This document shows, piece by piece, positions 35,287-44,762 of a stretch of 64,000 nt of DNA. Position 1 is the first letter of the stretch. Every line of letters starts with the position of its first letter. A program made the translations under genes and the position numbers. The notes beneath the pieces were generated by a model. The model had not been told where the DNA came from, searched no databases, and worked only from the letters and a program-made list of their open reading frames with translations. This DNA comes from an uncultured Candidatus Saccharibacteria bacterium (GTDB taxonomy: Bacteria > Patescibacteriota > Minisyncoccia > UBA6257 > 2-01-FULL-56-20), in the NCBI GenBank assembly GCA_964387675.1, contig CAYLWL010000001.1, positions 74,819 through 138,818 on the forward strand, read 5' to 3'.

Positions 35287-37143
35287 CTAATCAAGCGTTA
35301 CATAATCTTCCTCGAAAGAAGTGACGTCGGTTGCGTTTTGACCTTCAAAAACAGTGAGCTCTTCCGGAATTTCGGAAATAAATCTCGACGGCGTATTGTG
35401 GAAACCGATGCAGAGCTCGCGCTTTGCCCGCGTCATCGCGACGTACATCAGTCGCCGCTCTTCTTCCATTTGATACTCGTTTTCCATAGACATCGCGTGA
35501 GGCAGGAGCCCTTCGGAACAGCCGGCGATAAAAACGCGGTCAAACTCCAATCCTTTTGCCAAATGGATCGTCATGAGATGTGTTTCATTTTCGCCGTCTC
35601 TTGTCCCTTGTCCCTTGTTACTTGTTACACTATCGGCGGGCTGCATCAGCGTGATTTCTTCTAAAAACCGACCCACATCATCGAATCGCTTCGCGAAATT
35701 CAAAAGCTCCCCTATGTTTTCTTGTTTTTCCTCGTAATTCTCGAAGTTTCTTTCGAGATACCCAAGATAATCCGTGGCCTCGAGAAACGATTCGATCCAT
35801 TGAACCGGCTTCAGCTTTTTGCTTTTCGCGAGCCGTATCGTTTCTTCGAATCCGCTAAGTTTTTTCTTGGAGAAGTTCTTTTCGAGCCGATCGAAGCTGA
35901 TTTCGTCTTTATTGGTCGCGTAACGGAGCGCGGCAATGACGTCTTTGATTTCTTTCCGCTCGTAAAACCTCAAGCCGCCGAAAATTCGGTACGGTATTTT
36001 ATTTCTAATGAGCGCTTGCTCGATCGCTCTCGACTGGGCGTTCGTTCTGTATAGAACCGCAGTCGTTTGTTCATTGGAAATTGGAAATCGGAAATTGGAA
36101 ATTTGCTTTGCGATCCATTCCGCCTCATTGTTTTCGTCCGCCGCTCCGAAAACTTTTATCGATTCCCCCTTCTGATTTTTCGTCCAAAGGTTTTTCGGCC
36201 GCCGGTAATTATTATTACTCGCCACACTCGAGGCCCCCTTGATGATATTCGCGGTTGACCGATAGTTTTCTTCCAAGAACCGTATTTGGGCGCCCGGCCA
36301 GTCCTTTTCAAATCCCAGAAATATTTTGAGATCCGCGTATCGCCATCCGTAAATCAATTGTTCGTCATCGCCCACCACGCTGATATTTTTGTGTTCTCCG
36401 GCCAGGAGATTGACGAGCTCGTACTGTTTTGGATTGACGTCTTGATACTCGTCGACGAGGATCGCCTCGAACCTGCTTCGATGTTTTTCGAGCGCCTCGG
36501 GATGTTTTTGGAAAAGAGATACGACTTTCTCTATGAGGTCGTCGAAATCGAAGGCGTTATTTTCTTTGAGCCGCGATTCGTAGAGAGCATATACTTCGAG
36601 CGCCAGTTTGTCTTTTTGCTTTTCGGATAGCCGTAGTTTTTGGAGCGCCGAGTCGGTATTTTTTATTTCGGAGATTCTTCTCGCGAAAAACGACGGCTTT
36701 TCTTGGCTTGCGGCTGAGGAATCATCGTCGCCGCCGTTCCATAGTTTTTTCTTCACGATCTTTTTTATGAGATCGAACGAATCATGGTCGTCGAAAATGA
36801 CGAAGCGCGCATTGCGGCCGAGGAGGCGCGCCTCCTGCCGCAGGATGTTCGCCCCCAAGCCATGGAAAGTGCCGATAAACGCTCCTTGACACTTGACACT
36901 TGCCTGCCCGCCGTAGCCCCGGCGAAGGAGGGACGCTTGACACCTCGTAAACATCTCCCGCGCCGCCTTATTGGTAAACGTTATGGCGCAGATTTTATGC
37001 GCCGGGACCCCGGATTCTATGAGGTTGATGAGCCGGGCGGTCAGGGTGGTCGTTTTCCCGGTCCCGGCTCCGGCTACTATTAAAAGGGGTCCGCCGGGGG
37101 CTTTTGCCGCCTCTTCTTGCTGGGGATTCAATTTATGTGACAT
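35287..37143 (-). CDS. UvrD/PcrA/Rep-family ATP-dependent DNA helicase
   Basis: 'LLIVAGAGTGKTTTL', 'TFHG' and 'VDEYQD' motifs. Start placed at 'MSHKLNPQQ'. Contains three in-frame repeat insertions. Confidence 0.8.
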   Translation of the reverse strand: MSHKLNPQQEEAAKAPGGPLLIVAGAGTGKTTTLTARLINLIESGVPAHKICAITFTNKAAREMFTRCQASLLRRGYGGQASVKCQGAFIGTFHGLGANILRQEARLLGRNARFVIFDDHDSFDLIKKIVKKKLWNGGDDDSSAASQEKPSFFARRISEIKNTDSALQKLRLSEKQKDKLALEVYALYESRLKENNAFDFDDLIEKVVSLFQKHPEALEKHRSRFEAILVDEYQDVNPKQYELVNLLAGEHKNISVVGDDEQLIYGWRYADLKIFLGFEKDWPGAQIRFLEENYRSTANIIKGASSVASNNNYRRPKNLWTKNQKGESIKVFGAADENNEAEWIAKQISNFRFPISNEQTTAVLYRTNAQSRAIEQALIRNKIPYRIFGGLRFYERKEIKDVIAALRYATNKDEISFDRLEKNFSKKKLSGFEETIRLAKSKKLKPVQWIESFLEATDYLGYLERNFENYEEKQENIGELLNFAKRFDDVGRFLEEITLMQPADSVTSNKGQGTRDGENETHLMTIHLAKGLEFDRVFIAGCSEGLLPHAMSMENEYQMEEERRLMYVAMTRAKRELCIGFHNTPSRFISEIPEELTVFEGQNATDVTSFEEDYVTLD

Positions 37144-37162
37144 GTGACAAGCAACAAGTAAC

Positions 37163-38302
37163 ATGGAACACGTAACAACAGATAATGCGGGGAGGGGGAA
37201 CTTTTCTTTGCCCTTCGTCCTTGTCACTTGTTACTTGTCCCATGTCTCATCGTTATGCTATAGTTTACCTATTAGTAAGATTTTAAGCCAAATAAAGTCA
37301 AATAACGACCATAAGCCATTGAAAGTGGCCGTTTTTTTGATTGCCGGGCTTGCGTTCTGCTCCTTTTTCTATGATCCGGGCACCGGCCTATTAGGCGGCG
37401 AGAGGGGTATCTTTGGCGGACCCGTAGACCAGGTTTTTACCCCTGGCAACATCATCCTCGAAACGGCCTCGGCATTTGGCGAGGGATCTCCCACGGGAGG
37501 CGCCTCGCTCCACAACACGGCTCTTGAATCAAGCGTTTTTCCCGGCTCGTTGAGTGATAGAGAGTCGGGTTTTGGCCAGACCTCCTCTCGCGAGGGGCTT
37601 TTAGTGTATCGGGTTCAGAAAGGCGATACGCTCTCCGGAATTTCTTCTTATTTCGGCGTATCTTTGGATACGATCGTGAACGCGAACCCGAACGTCAAGG
37701 CGAGGTATCTGGTTCCGGGGGATGAGCTCAAGATTCTGCCCACCTCCGGAAGCGTGTATCTCACTCGGGATGGCGACACGATGGAATCGATTTCGGATTA
37801 TTTCAATGTGCCGCAGGACAGCTTGTTGAAATTTAACAGATCCGTCAATTTCAACTCTCTCGAAGCGGGCGTTTCCGTTGTCATCCCCGGAGTGAAGGGG
37901 TATGCCCAAAGCAAGAACTCGCTTCCGAACTTGAACAGCAACTTCATCATTCCCGCGCAGGGCTTTAATTGGGGCAAACTTCATCACTATAACGCGGTGG
38001 ACATCGCAAACTCCTGCGGAACGCCGGTTGTGGCTTCTGCCGAAGGGCTTGTAATCCCCGACAACAGTTTCGGAGACGGAAGGGGCGGCTGGAGCGGCGG
38101 TTACGGGAATTTCGTCTTGATAGAGCACCCGTTTGGCGACTCCGTTCGCACTCGCTATGCTCATTTGTCCAAAGTATTAGTTGATATTGGTGACTATGTT
38201 AAACAGGGCGAGGAGATAGGTGTTATGGGAGATAGCGGGGACTCTACGGGTTGCCACCTCCATTTCGAGGTGTACGGGGCGCAGAATCCATTTGTCCGGT
38301 AG
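37163..38302 (+). CDS. M23-family metallopeptidase with two LysM domains
   Basis: LysM 'YRVQKGDTLSGISSYFGV' and 'TRDGDTMESISDYFNV'; M23 motifs 'HYNAVD' and 'GCHLHFEV'. The true start is probably internal (TTG 37318 or GTG 37324) because the first ~50 codons overlap the helicase leader and repeat DNA. Confidence 0.75.
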   Translation: MEHVTTDNAGRGNFSLPFVLVTCYLSHVSSLCYSLPISKILSQIKSNNDHKPLKVAVFLIAGLAFCSFFYDPGTGLLGGERGIFGGPVDQVFTPGNIILETASAFGEGSPTGGASLHNTALESSVFPGSLSDRESGFGQTSSREGLLVYRVQKGDTLSGISSYFGVSLDTIVNANPNVKARYLVPGDELKILPTSGSVYLTRDGDTMESISDYFNVPQDSLLKFNRSVNFNSLEAGVSVVIPGVKGYAQSKNSLPNLNSNFIIPAQGFNWGKLHHYNAVDIANSCGTPVVASAEGLVIPDNSFGDGRGGWSGGYGNFVLIEHPFGDSVRTRYAHLSKVLVDIGDYVKQGEEIGVMGDSGDSTGCHLHFEVYGAQNPFVR

Positions 38303-38421
38303 TGAAATTCGGCCATCGTTCAGTAGCGAAGCTTGCCGAATTTCTACTATCCGGACGTTTGTGAAGTAGGGTTCAGAATATATCAGAATATAATAGAATT
38401 CGTGGATATCGCAAAAGAAAG

Positions 38422-38447
38422 CACCCCTAGCGCAGGGGTGGTTTTTT
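38422..38447. terminator. hairpin followed by T-run
   Basis: 'CACCCCtagcgcaGGGGTG' followed by 'GTTTTTTG', placed between convergent genes. Confidence 0.5.
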
Positions 38448-39320
38448 GTTTAAGAACATAAGTTCCATCAGGATTTCTTTCCTTTCGAGGCCGCGGAGCA
38501 GAAGTTGCTCCCGGGTGAAGCTTTTATGGGGTTCCGGCGCCTTGTCGGCTATCTCTCTCAAGGTTTTATTGTCCGGGCCTCGGGACAAGAGTATATTTGC
38601 CAGTTCTTCTTCAAATGGCTCGCCGATTGTGCCGAGAAGCCTGGCCAACACAAAATCTTCAGGGTTAAACGCAAGAAGTCGATCGAATGCCATCCTCTTA
38701 AACGGCTCCTGGAGGCCTCCGGAGGATCTAAGGAGCCAAGCCAAATTATCCTCGTTCGGATTAGTGGCCAGATAGATACTCCAGACCTCCAGCTTGTACT
38801 TTTCGGGGATATTGTAGCTGTACAGCAGATTTGGAATCTCCCAGCTCTCAAAGTAGGAAGAACGGCCCATAATCGCATTGAGCGCTTTTCTTTGGTATTT
38901 TTCTGAACCGTTTTCCAACACTCTTGCGAGGGCGGAAGCTTTGCCGTTGTCTTTGAGCCAGTTCCACGCATTTCCCGCCAGTGGCTCGGGCCCCCACGAA
39001 ACTAAGTACGAGGCGGCCCAACCCCCATATCTTTTTTCCTCCTCGGTTGTTGCATACTGTGTCCTTCCCAGGATTTCTTCGTTACACCAGATTTTGTATG
39101 GTTCTGCATTGTTGCAAACCCTGTCCAATTCGTCCAGCGTCGGCATCGTGTCGAGAAACGCCCTCCAGATCAGTTGAGGATTGTATTGTAATTTTCTGGC
39201 CAACTCTTCCATTTGAGCCGATTGCTCCGGCGTTTGGGCCCTTGCCGCTCCGAAGAAACAAAACAAACAAAGCAACATGAAAGCGATTGCTCTTTTCACA
39301 ACTTCTCCCCAAGGAATCAA
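38427..39320 (-). CDS. hypothetical secreted protein
   Basis: Signal peptide 'MLLCLFCFFGAARAQ', Trp-rich, no recognisable domain. Confidence 0.4.
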   Translation of the reverse strand: MIPWGEVVKRAIAFMLLCLFCFFGAARAQTPEQSAQMEELARKLQYNPQLIWRAFLDTMPTLDELDRVCNNAEPYKIWCNEEILGRTQYATTEEEKRYGGWAASYLVSWGPEPLAGNAWNWLKDNGKASALARVLENGSEKYQRKALNAIMGRSSYFESWEIPNLLYSYNIPEKYKLEVWSIYLATNPNEDNLAWLLRSSGGLQEPFKRMAFDRLLAFNPEDFVLARLLGTIGEPFEEELANILLSRGPDNKTLREIADKAPEPHKSFTREQLLLRGLERKEILMELMFLNKKPPLR

Positions 39321-39385
39321 GTAATTCTGGGATTAGGGTATTACGGGGCGTGGTTGTTTGTCAATCGTCGCGCACCGTCGTGGGC

Positions 39386-39631
39386 CTACTTTGGATGCTT
39401 CCTGATGGAAAGCAAGACATAGGTGTTGCCCTCAATCAGAAAATAAAAACGGATTTCTCGGTCAACCCGCGCCTGCCAGATACCGCGCGACTCGTCATAT
39501 TTTTTTGCCCTTAGCGACGGGTGGCGAATGCTACGAGAGAGATATTCAACTTGCTTATAAAACTTTGTTCTCGTTGCGAGCGGGAAATTTTTAAGTTCAG
39601 ATTTGAATCCGGGGTAGTACCCAACATTCAT
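39386..39631 (-). CDS. RelE/ParE-superfamily toxin, paralog 1
   Basis: 81 aa '...[43 protein letters not shown]', ~60% identical to the protein at 47041..47286. Overlaps its upstream partner by 4 nt. Confidence 0.6.
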   Translation of the reverse strand: MNVGYYPGFKSELKNFPLATRTKFYKQVEYLSRSIRHPSLRAKKYDESRGIWQARVDREIRFYFLIEGNTYVLLSIRKHPK

Positions 39632-39843
39632 CGCTCGAGAGATTTTTTCAGCGCTTTTATCGAGCCGAATGGTCCGACGACGCTTCCACTTTTCACGTTC
39701 TTGATGGCCTCGTCTAGTTTGCGGTCAAAACCGCCCCCCTGTCTTTTTCTTGCAATACGCAAAACCGTTTCGTACTCCCGACGGGGGATGATTATTAAAT
39801 CGTCGTTTTTCATTAGTTTTTTCGGGATCGTTATTGTCGCCAT
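39628..39843 (-). CDS. antitoxin partner of the RelE-like toxin (paralog 1)
   Basis: 71 aa with a 4-nt overlap with the toxin. Shares the C-terminal 'GPFGSIKALKK' motif with 46805..47044. Confidence 0.5.
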   Translation of the reverse strand: MATITIPKKLMKNDDLIIIPRREYETVLRIARKRQGGGFDRKLDEAIKNVKSGSVVGPFGSIKALKKSLER

Positions 39844-39946
39844 ATTATGTATTATAGCGTCACCAATCCAGCCGTCAAATTTTGTTGACTTTCACGATCC
39901 GCCAGTTACACTAATTACAGTTCTGGTAACACTGGAGGTAGCCAGA

Positions 39947-40246
39947 ATGTCATACCATATCGTAGATTTTCATGCTGATGGGGGCCAGATGTGCGTACCG
40001 GGTCGTCGTTCGTTCACCGACCCCGAAGAAGCAGGGCAGTTTGCGGAGAAAATGCGTCGAGAACCAGGTCACGTTTGCGGCCCCAATTCTGTCAAGGAAT
40101 ATACCTCGGAAACCGATCTTGGAAATGAGGGCGCTGTCTATCCGGGGGTAGCGAACCCTGAAGATGTAGCGAACATCTCGCCTCTAACGCCATCCACGTC
40201 CGTGGGTGGCTTTTTTTATCTCCAACATTTACACCTCTTCCCTTAG
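39947..40246 (+). CDS. hypothetical protein (~100 aa)
   Basis: GGAGGT RBS 8 nt upstream of ATG 39947. The upstream part of track ORF 39521..40246 is antisense to the TA pair and is rejected. Confidence 0.3.
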   Translation: MSYHIVDFHADGGQMCVPGRRSFTDPEEAGQFAEKMRREPGHVCGPNSVKEYTSETDLGNEGAVYPGVANPEDVANISPLTPSTSVGGFFYLQHLHLFP

Positions 40247-41770
40247 TCGATAACTGAACGCCTCGGCTAGATGCTCCTCCGAGACCTTCTCCGCGCGTTC
40301 CAAATCCGCGATCGTCCTGGCGGTTTTGAGCAATCGGTAGTAGCCGCGCGGCGAAAGGCGTGTTTTATCGAGCGTTTCCAGGAATTTTTCCGCGCCCGGC
40401 TCAATCCTGACCATATCTTCTGTCTGGCGAGAGCTCATTTCCGAATTCGTGGTTATTTTATGACTCTTCGCTGACGTTTTATGGAATCTTTCGGCCTGGA
40501 TTTCCCTTGCCAACTCGATTTTGCGCTTGATTTCCGGACTTATGGCCTCCGTTTTGCCTTTTCCCCGAAGGTCCGCGATATTTATTCGCTGGACCCTTAT
40601 TTGGAGGTCTATCCTGTCAAGCAATGGCCCGGAAATCCTTTTTTGATAACGAATCACCTCGTATGCCGAGCAACGGCACTCTTTTTCCGGGTCGCCATAA
40701 TAGCCGCAAGGGCAAGGGTTCATCGCGGCAATGAGCGTGAACTTCGCAGGGAATACGAGGGTTCCTTTGGCCCTTGCCACGTGGACCATGCCGGACTCCA
40801 TTGGCTGTCTGAGGGATTCGAGGATATTTTTCTGGAATTCTGGAAGCTCGTCAAGAAAAAGCACTCCCCGGTGCGCCAAACTTATTTCTCCCGGCTTCGG
40901 GTCGGTTCCCCCTCCAATGACGGCCACAATTGAAGCGGTTTGGTGCGGAGATCTGAAGGGTCGTTGGCTTATGAGCCCGGGAAGAGCAAGGCCCGCGGAA
41001 CTATAAATCTTTGTAATCTCTATTGCTTCGTCTCTCGTGAGGTTCGGCAAAATACCGATTACCGCCTGGGCAAGCAAGCTTTTTCCTACCCCGGGAGGGC
41101 CAACCATCAGGAGATTATGACCTCCGGCGGCGGCAATAGTGAGGGCGCGCTTGGCATTCTCTTGGCTTTTTATTTCCGAAAAATCCGGCGACCGGATTTC
41201 TTCTGATTCTATCGGCGCGAATGTTTCCGGCTTGATTAACTTCTTTTCTTCCAGAAAATCTATGGCGTCTTGGAGGGTTTCGAGTGGTATTACTGAAAGT
41301 CCGGCAACAACCGATGCCTCGTTTGCGTTTTGGTTGGGCAGTAATAAGTATTCAAATCCTGCTTTTTGAGCCATCTCCGCGATGTTAAGCGCTCCGTTTA
41401 CTGGTCTCAATCGTCCGTCAAGCGCCAACTCTCCGAGAAATACTTTGTTTTTGGCGTCGAATTCCTTGATTTGCTTTGTTGCGAGCAAGTAACCGATCGC
41501 AATGGCAAGATCGTATTGAGAGCCGGTTTTCTTGACGTCGGCGGGGGCGAGATTGATGGTAATCTTCCTGTTTTCCCTGTTCGGCGGCTTGACGCCGGAG
41601 TTTTTGAGGGCAGAGTTGACGCGTTCTTTGGCTTCGTTCAGCGCCTTGTCTGCCAACCCGACGATGTTAAAAGAATGAAGGCCGACGTTTAAGTCGACCT
41701 CCACTTCGATTAACTTCGCCTTTATTCCTTCAAGCTCCGCCGAGTATACCCGAGCCAAATTCTTCGACAT
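40229..41770 (-). CDS. comM: YifB/ComM-family Mg-chelatase-like AAA+ ATPase
   Basis: N-terminal Lon-like domain and Walker A 'GPPGVGKSLLAQA'. Confidence 0.85.
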   Translation of the reverse strand: MSKNLARVYSAELEGIKAKLIEVEVDLNVGLHSFNIVGLADKALNEAKERVNSALKNSGVKPPNRENRKITINLAPADVKKTGSQYDLAIAIGYLLATKQIKEFDAKNKVFLGELALDGRLRPVNGALNIAEMAQKAGFEYLLLPNQNANEASVVAGLSVIPLETLQDAIDFLEEKKLIKPETFAPIESEEIRSPDFSEIKSQENAKRALTIAAAGGHNLLMVGPPGVGKSLLAQAVIGILPNLTRDEAIEITKIYSSAGLALPGLISQRPFRSPHQTASIVAVIGGGTDPKPGEISLAHRGVLFLDELPEFQKNILESLRQPMESGMVHVARAKGTLVFPAKFTLIAAMNPCPCGYYGDPEKECRCSAYEVIRYQKRISGPLLDRIDLQIRVQRINIADLRGKGKTEAISPEIKRKIELAREIQAERFHKTSAKSHKITTNSEMSSRQTEDMVRIEPGAEKFLETLDKTRLSPRGYYRLLKTARTIADLERAEKVSEEHLAEAFSYRLREEV

Positions 41771-41782
41771 CCCTTTTCTTTT

Positions 41783-42115
41783 TTATTTTATCTTGCAATT
41801 CTGGCAATATCTCGATTCGGGAGAGACGTCTAAAACCGCTTCGCTTATTGCCCCGCCGCATTTTTCACATACAGCGTACTTTCCTTCTACGATTTTATTG
41901 AGGGCGGCATCTATTTCGTTGATCCGTTCTCTTGCGACTTGTCCCAGTGAAAGCTGATTGACCAGGCTTTCTGCCTCGTTGGTTTCTTCATCTTCGTGTT
42001 GACCGACATCGCTGCCAAAATCTTCCGGAGATTCTTCCTTTAAGAGTTCATCAATGAGCCGGAGTCGCTCTTTTTCGAGTTTTTCTTTGTATTCTTGAAG
42101 TTTATTTTGGTCCAT
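41783..42115 (-). CDS. DksA/TraR-family C4 zinc-finger protein
   Basis: C-terminal 'CEKCGGAI...CQNCK' with an N-terminal coiled coil. Confidence 0.7.
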   Translation of the reverse strand: MDQNKLQEYKEKLEKERLRLIDELLKEESPEDFGSDVGQHEDEETNEAESLVNQLSLGQVARERINEIDAALNKIVEGKYAVCEKCGGAISEAVLDVSPESRYCQNCKIK

Positions 42116-42538
42116 GGCCAGTTTTGACTTTAAGGGTATTGGTTTATGGCCCAGTAGTCAATGGGTTTAATATTCAAACGACTACCATCGAGCATCTTGG
42201 TCGTGTCAAGCCGCCAAGAATCCGCAAACGACAACACCCGTTCTTTTTAATTAAGTTTAAGACAACAGATTGCGGCAAAGCGGCAATAGTGCGGCAACGC
42301 CGATACGGCAACTCTATTTTACTATGTTTTTCGACTTTTGCCGCACCACTCTTACTATACGACAAACACTTATGTTTATACCCAAGAAAACCTGAAAAAC
42401 TCGACCGTCAAGCAAAACATAGCATTTTTACTTTCCAGACGTTTGTCGAGAAACGCAACGGAAAATAAAGGAGACGTTCTATGGCGAAACACTTTCGAGG
42501 GGTTTATCGATAAACGTCATGCTTATATTTCTCGTTAG

Positions 42539-42934
42539 GTGTTAAGATACATAGTATTAATCATGATAAGAAGTAATATCTTTGTTGGAAAAACAGGCGA
42601 AGATCTTGCGTGTGAATATCTTGTTAATAAGGGATATAAGATTATCGATAGGAACTACCGGACCAAATGGGACGAAATAGACATAATTTCTAAAGCAAAA
42701 GACGGAACACTCGTTTTTGTTGAGGTTAAGACGTTAAATGCTGTTTTGGGCGGCCTTGTGCCGGAAGACAATCTAACTGGCGACAAGCACAGAAAGATTA
42801 GCCGCGCCTGCCAGCTTTTTGCCAATCAAAGAGCCGATTTAATAAAAGAGGACAAGGGTTGGCGAATTGATCTTGTGGCTATCTCGATAGATGAGAATGA
42901 CCGGTCGGAAATCAAGCAATATGAGAATATTTGA
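42539..42934 (+). CDS. yraN: YraN-family (UPF0102) endonuclease
   Basis: 'GEDLACEYLVNKGYKIIDRNYR...EIDII...VFVEVK'. The true start is possibly at M 42563. Confidence 0.7.
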   Translation: MLRYIVLIMIRSNIFVGKTGEDLACEYLVNKGYKIIDRNYRTKWDEIDIISKAKDGTLVFVEVKTLNAVLGGLVPEDNLTGDKHRKISRACQLFANQRADLIKEDKGWRIDLVAISIDENDRSEIKQYENI

Positions 42935-43167
42935 ACCCCCGCTCCTTTTTTCAATTCAACCGACCCCCTCATTTTTTTGACTTTCTTAAATTTATCATAA
43001 AGAAAGAAGGACAGTATGAAATTATTGAAACCCACAGACCGGTTGAGTGGTATAAGAAAATTTTTGAGGATGCTGGGTTAAAGATTATAGGAATTTTCTT
43101 TACTCCAGAATATGAACTCAATGGTTACAAAATTGAGAATTACATATATTTTAAGTTACAAAAATAG
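42931..43167 (+). CDS. hypothetical 78-aa protein (possible C-terminal remnant of a methyltransferase)
   Basis: Weak resemblance to MTase C-termini; no N-terminal domain. Confidence 0.25.
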   Translation: MNPRSFFQFNRPPHFFDFLKFIIKKEGQYEIIETHRPVEWYKKIFEDAGLKIIGIFFTPEYELNGYKIENYIYFKLQK

Positions 43168-43312
43168 GGAGCCTCATTTTTAATTTTATCGCCAGTCAGC
43201 CCAAATGTGTATCCGACGGAGCAGAATATGGAGCTGATTCTCGAGCCGTGCCCGTTCTTTGGCCAACCGTTCTCGTTCCAAGGAATGCTCCCGTATTTAT
43301 TTGCCTGCTTTT

Positions 43313-43343
43313 TGACTTTTTATAGGGGACTATAGTATAGTGA
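43313..43343 (+). promoter_or_regulatory. sigma70-like promoter for nusA (TTGACT-N18-TATAGT)
   Basis: Exact -35 and near-consensus -10 hexamers about 120 nt upstream of nusA. Confidence 0.5.
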
Positions 43344-43384
43344 AATTATGACGATCCGCTTTTAAGGCGGATTTCTTCATAATA

Positions 43385-43448
43385 GTAATCACTAAATTAC
43401 GAATCTAAAACGAATTACGAATTCGTAATTCGTTGCTCAATTCGTAAT
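43385..43448. promoter_or_regulatory. palindromic operator-like array in the nusA leader (AATTACGAAT units)
   Basis: A perfect 22-bp palindrome 'CGAATTACGAATTCGTAATTCG' with additional half-sites on either side. Confidence 0.45.
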
Positions 43449-43461
43449 TCGAGAACACTCA

Positions 43462-44706
43462 ATGATCAATATCAAGGAATTAAGCAAAGCGCTCAAACAG
43501 GTTGCCGAAGAAAAAGGCCTTAAGCCGGAAGAGGTGCTGGAAGCCATCGAGTCCTCGATAGCTGCTGCTTACAAAAAAGAATACGCCGAGCGCGGAGCGG
43601 TGGTGAAGTGCAAGCTCGACATGAAAACCGGAGAGTTGAAGTTTTGGCAGGTTAAAACCGTCGTCGATGAAACAACCGTCCGTTTTGTCGAGGAGAAAAC
43701 GGAAGAAGAGATCCAAAAAGAGGAACAGGAGGGGAAAAAAGAAGAGCCGGCGCCTGTCGTAGATTCGGAAGAACTCAAGCTTCCTCGTTATAATTCAGAG
43801 CGGCATATCTTGTTTGAAGAAGCGAAGAAAATAAAGTCCGACACCGAGCTGGGAGAAGAATTGATTTTTCCTCTTGAAACCCATGACGAGTTTGGAAGAA
43901 TCGCCGCGCAAACCGCGAAGCAGGTCGTGTTGCAAAAGCTAAGGGAATCAGAAAGGGATTCGATTTTGAAAGAGTGGCATGATAAAGAAGGACAAATTGT
44001 GAGCGGCGTTGTCCAGAGGTTCGAGCGGGGGCATGTGTATGTTGATCTCGTACGGACGATCGGAGTGATGTTCGCGAACGAATCTATCCCGGGCGAACAC
44101 TACCGGGCAGGCGAGCGTTTGCGATTCCTTGTTCTTGCCGTTCAAGAGGACTCGCGGCTTCCGGGCATCGTCCTTTCTCGTTCGCATCCGAGATTCGTGG
44201 TGGAGCTGTTTCGGATGGAGGTGCCGGAGCTTGCCGAGGGTGCCGTGGAAATAAAGGCGATTGCGAGAGAGCCGGGAAACCGCACAAAGCTTGCCGTTGT
44301 TTCTCATGTCGACGGAGTCGATCCCGTGGGAGCTCTCGTTGGCCAGCGCGGGACGAGAGTGATGGCGGTTAATAATGAGTTGGGCAATGAAAAGATAGAT
44401 ATTGCCGAGTGGTCCGAAGATCCGGAAAAGTTTATTGGGAACGCCCTTTCTCCCGCGAAAGTGCGGTCGGTTGAAGTATTGCCTCGACGCGAGGCGAGAG
44501 TGTATGTGCCCGAAGACCAATTGAGCTTGGCTATCGGCAAAGGAGGACAAAATGTTCGGCTTGCGGCAAAACTCACCGGATGGAAGATAGACGTTCGTTC
44601 GCAGACGCGGCCGAGCGAAGTGCAAGAAGGAGGAGTTGCCGCCGCCCTTGGAGAAGAAGAGCCGGCAAAAGAAAGTTTTGAAGAGAAGGGAGACGTGGCA
44701 ATGTGA
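43462..44706 (+). CDS. nusA: transcription termination/antitermination factor NusA
   Basis: NusA N-terminal domain, S1 and two KH domains; 414 aa. Confidence 0.85.
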   Translation: MINIKELSKALKQVAEEKGLKPEEVLEAIESSIAAAYKKEYAERGAVVKCKLDMKTGELKFWQVKTVVDETTVRFVEEKTEEEIQKEEQEGKKEEPAPVVDSEELKLPRYNSERHILFEEAKKIKSDTELGEELIFPLETHDEFGRIAAQTAKQVVLQKLRESERDSILKEWHDKEGQIVSGVVQRFERGHVYVDLVRTIGVMFANESIPGEHYRAGERLRFLVLAVQEDSRLPGIVLSRSHPRFVVELFRMEVPELAEGAVEIKAIAREPGNRTKLAVVSHVDGVDPVGALVGQRGTRVMAVNNELGNEKIDIAEWSEDPEKFIGNALSPAKVRSVEVLPRREARVYVPEDQLSLAIGKGGQNVRLAAKLTGWKIDVRSQTRPSEVQEGGVAAALGEEEPAKESFEEKGDVAM

Positions 44707-44762
44707 GTTCGTATGAGATAGAATAGAAAGATCTAACTCCTTTCAATTTTTAACGAAGCATT

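Noticed and set aside
34480-37260. Possible CRISPR array suggested by repeated TGACAC/GTGACA units
   Set aside because: The units are 6-15 nt, tandem or inverted without unique spacers, scattered within ORFs and intergenic hairpins. There are no cas genes. This is not a CRISPR array.
39521-39946. 5' portion of track ORF 39521..40246
   Set aside because: It is antisense to the RelE-like TA pair and has no RBS. Only the 3' part (39947..40246), which has a GGAGGT RBS, was kept as a low-confidence gene.
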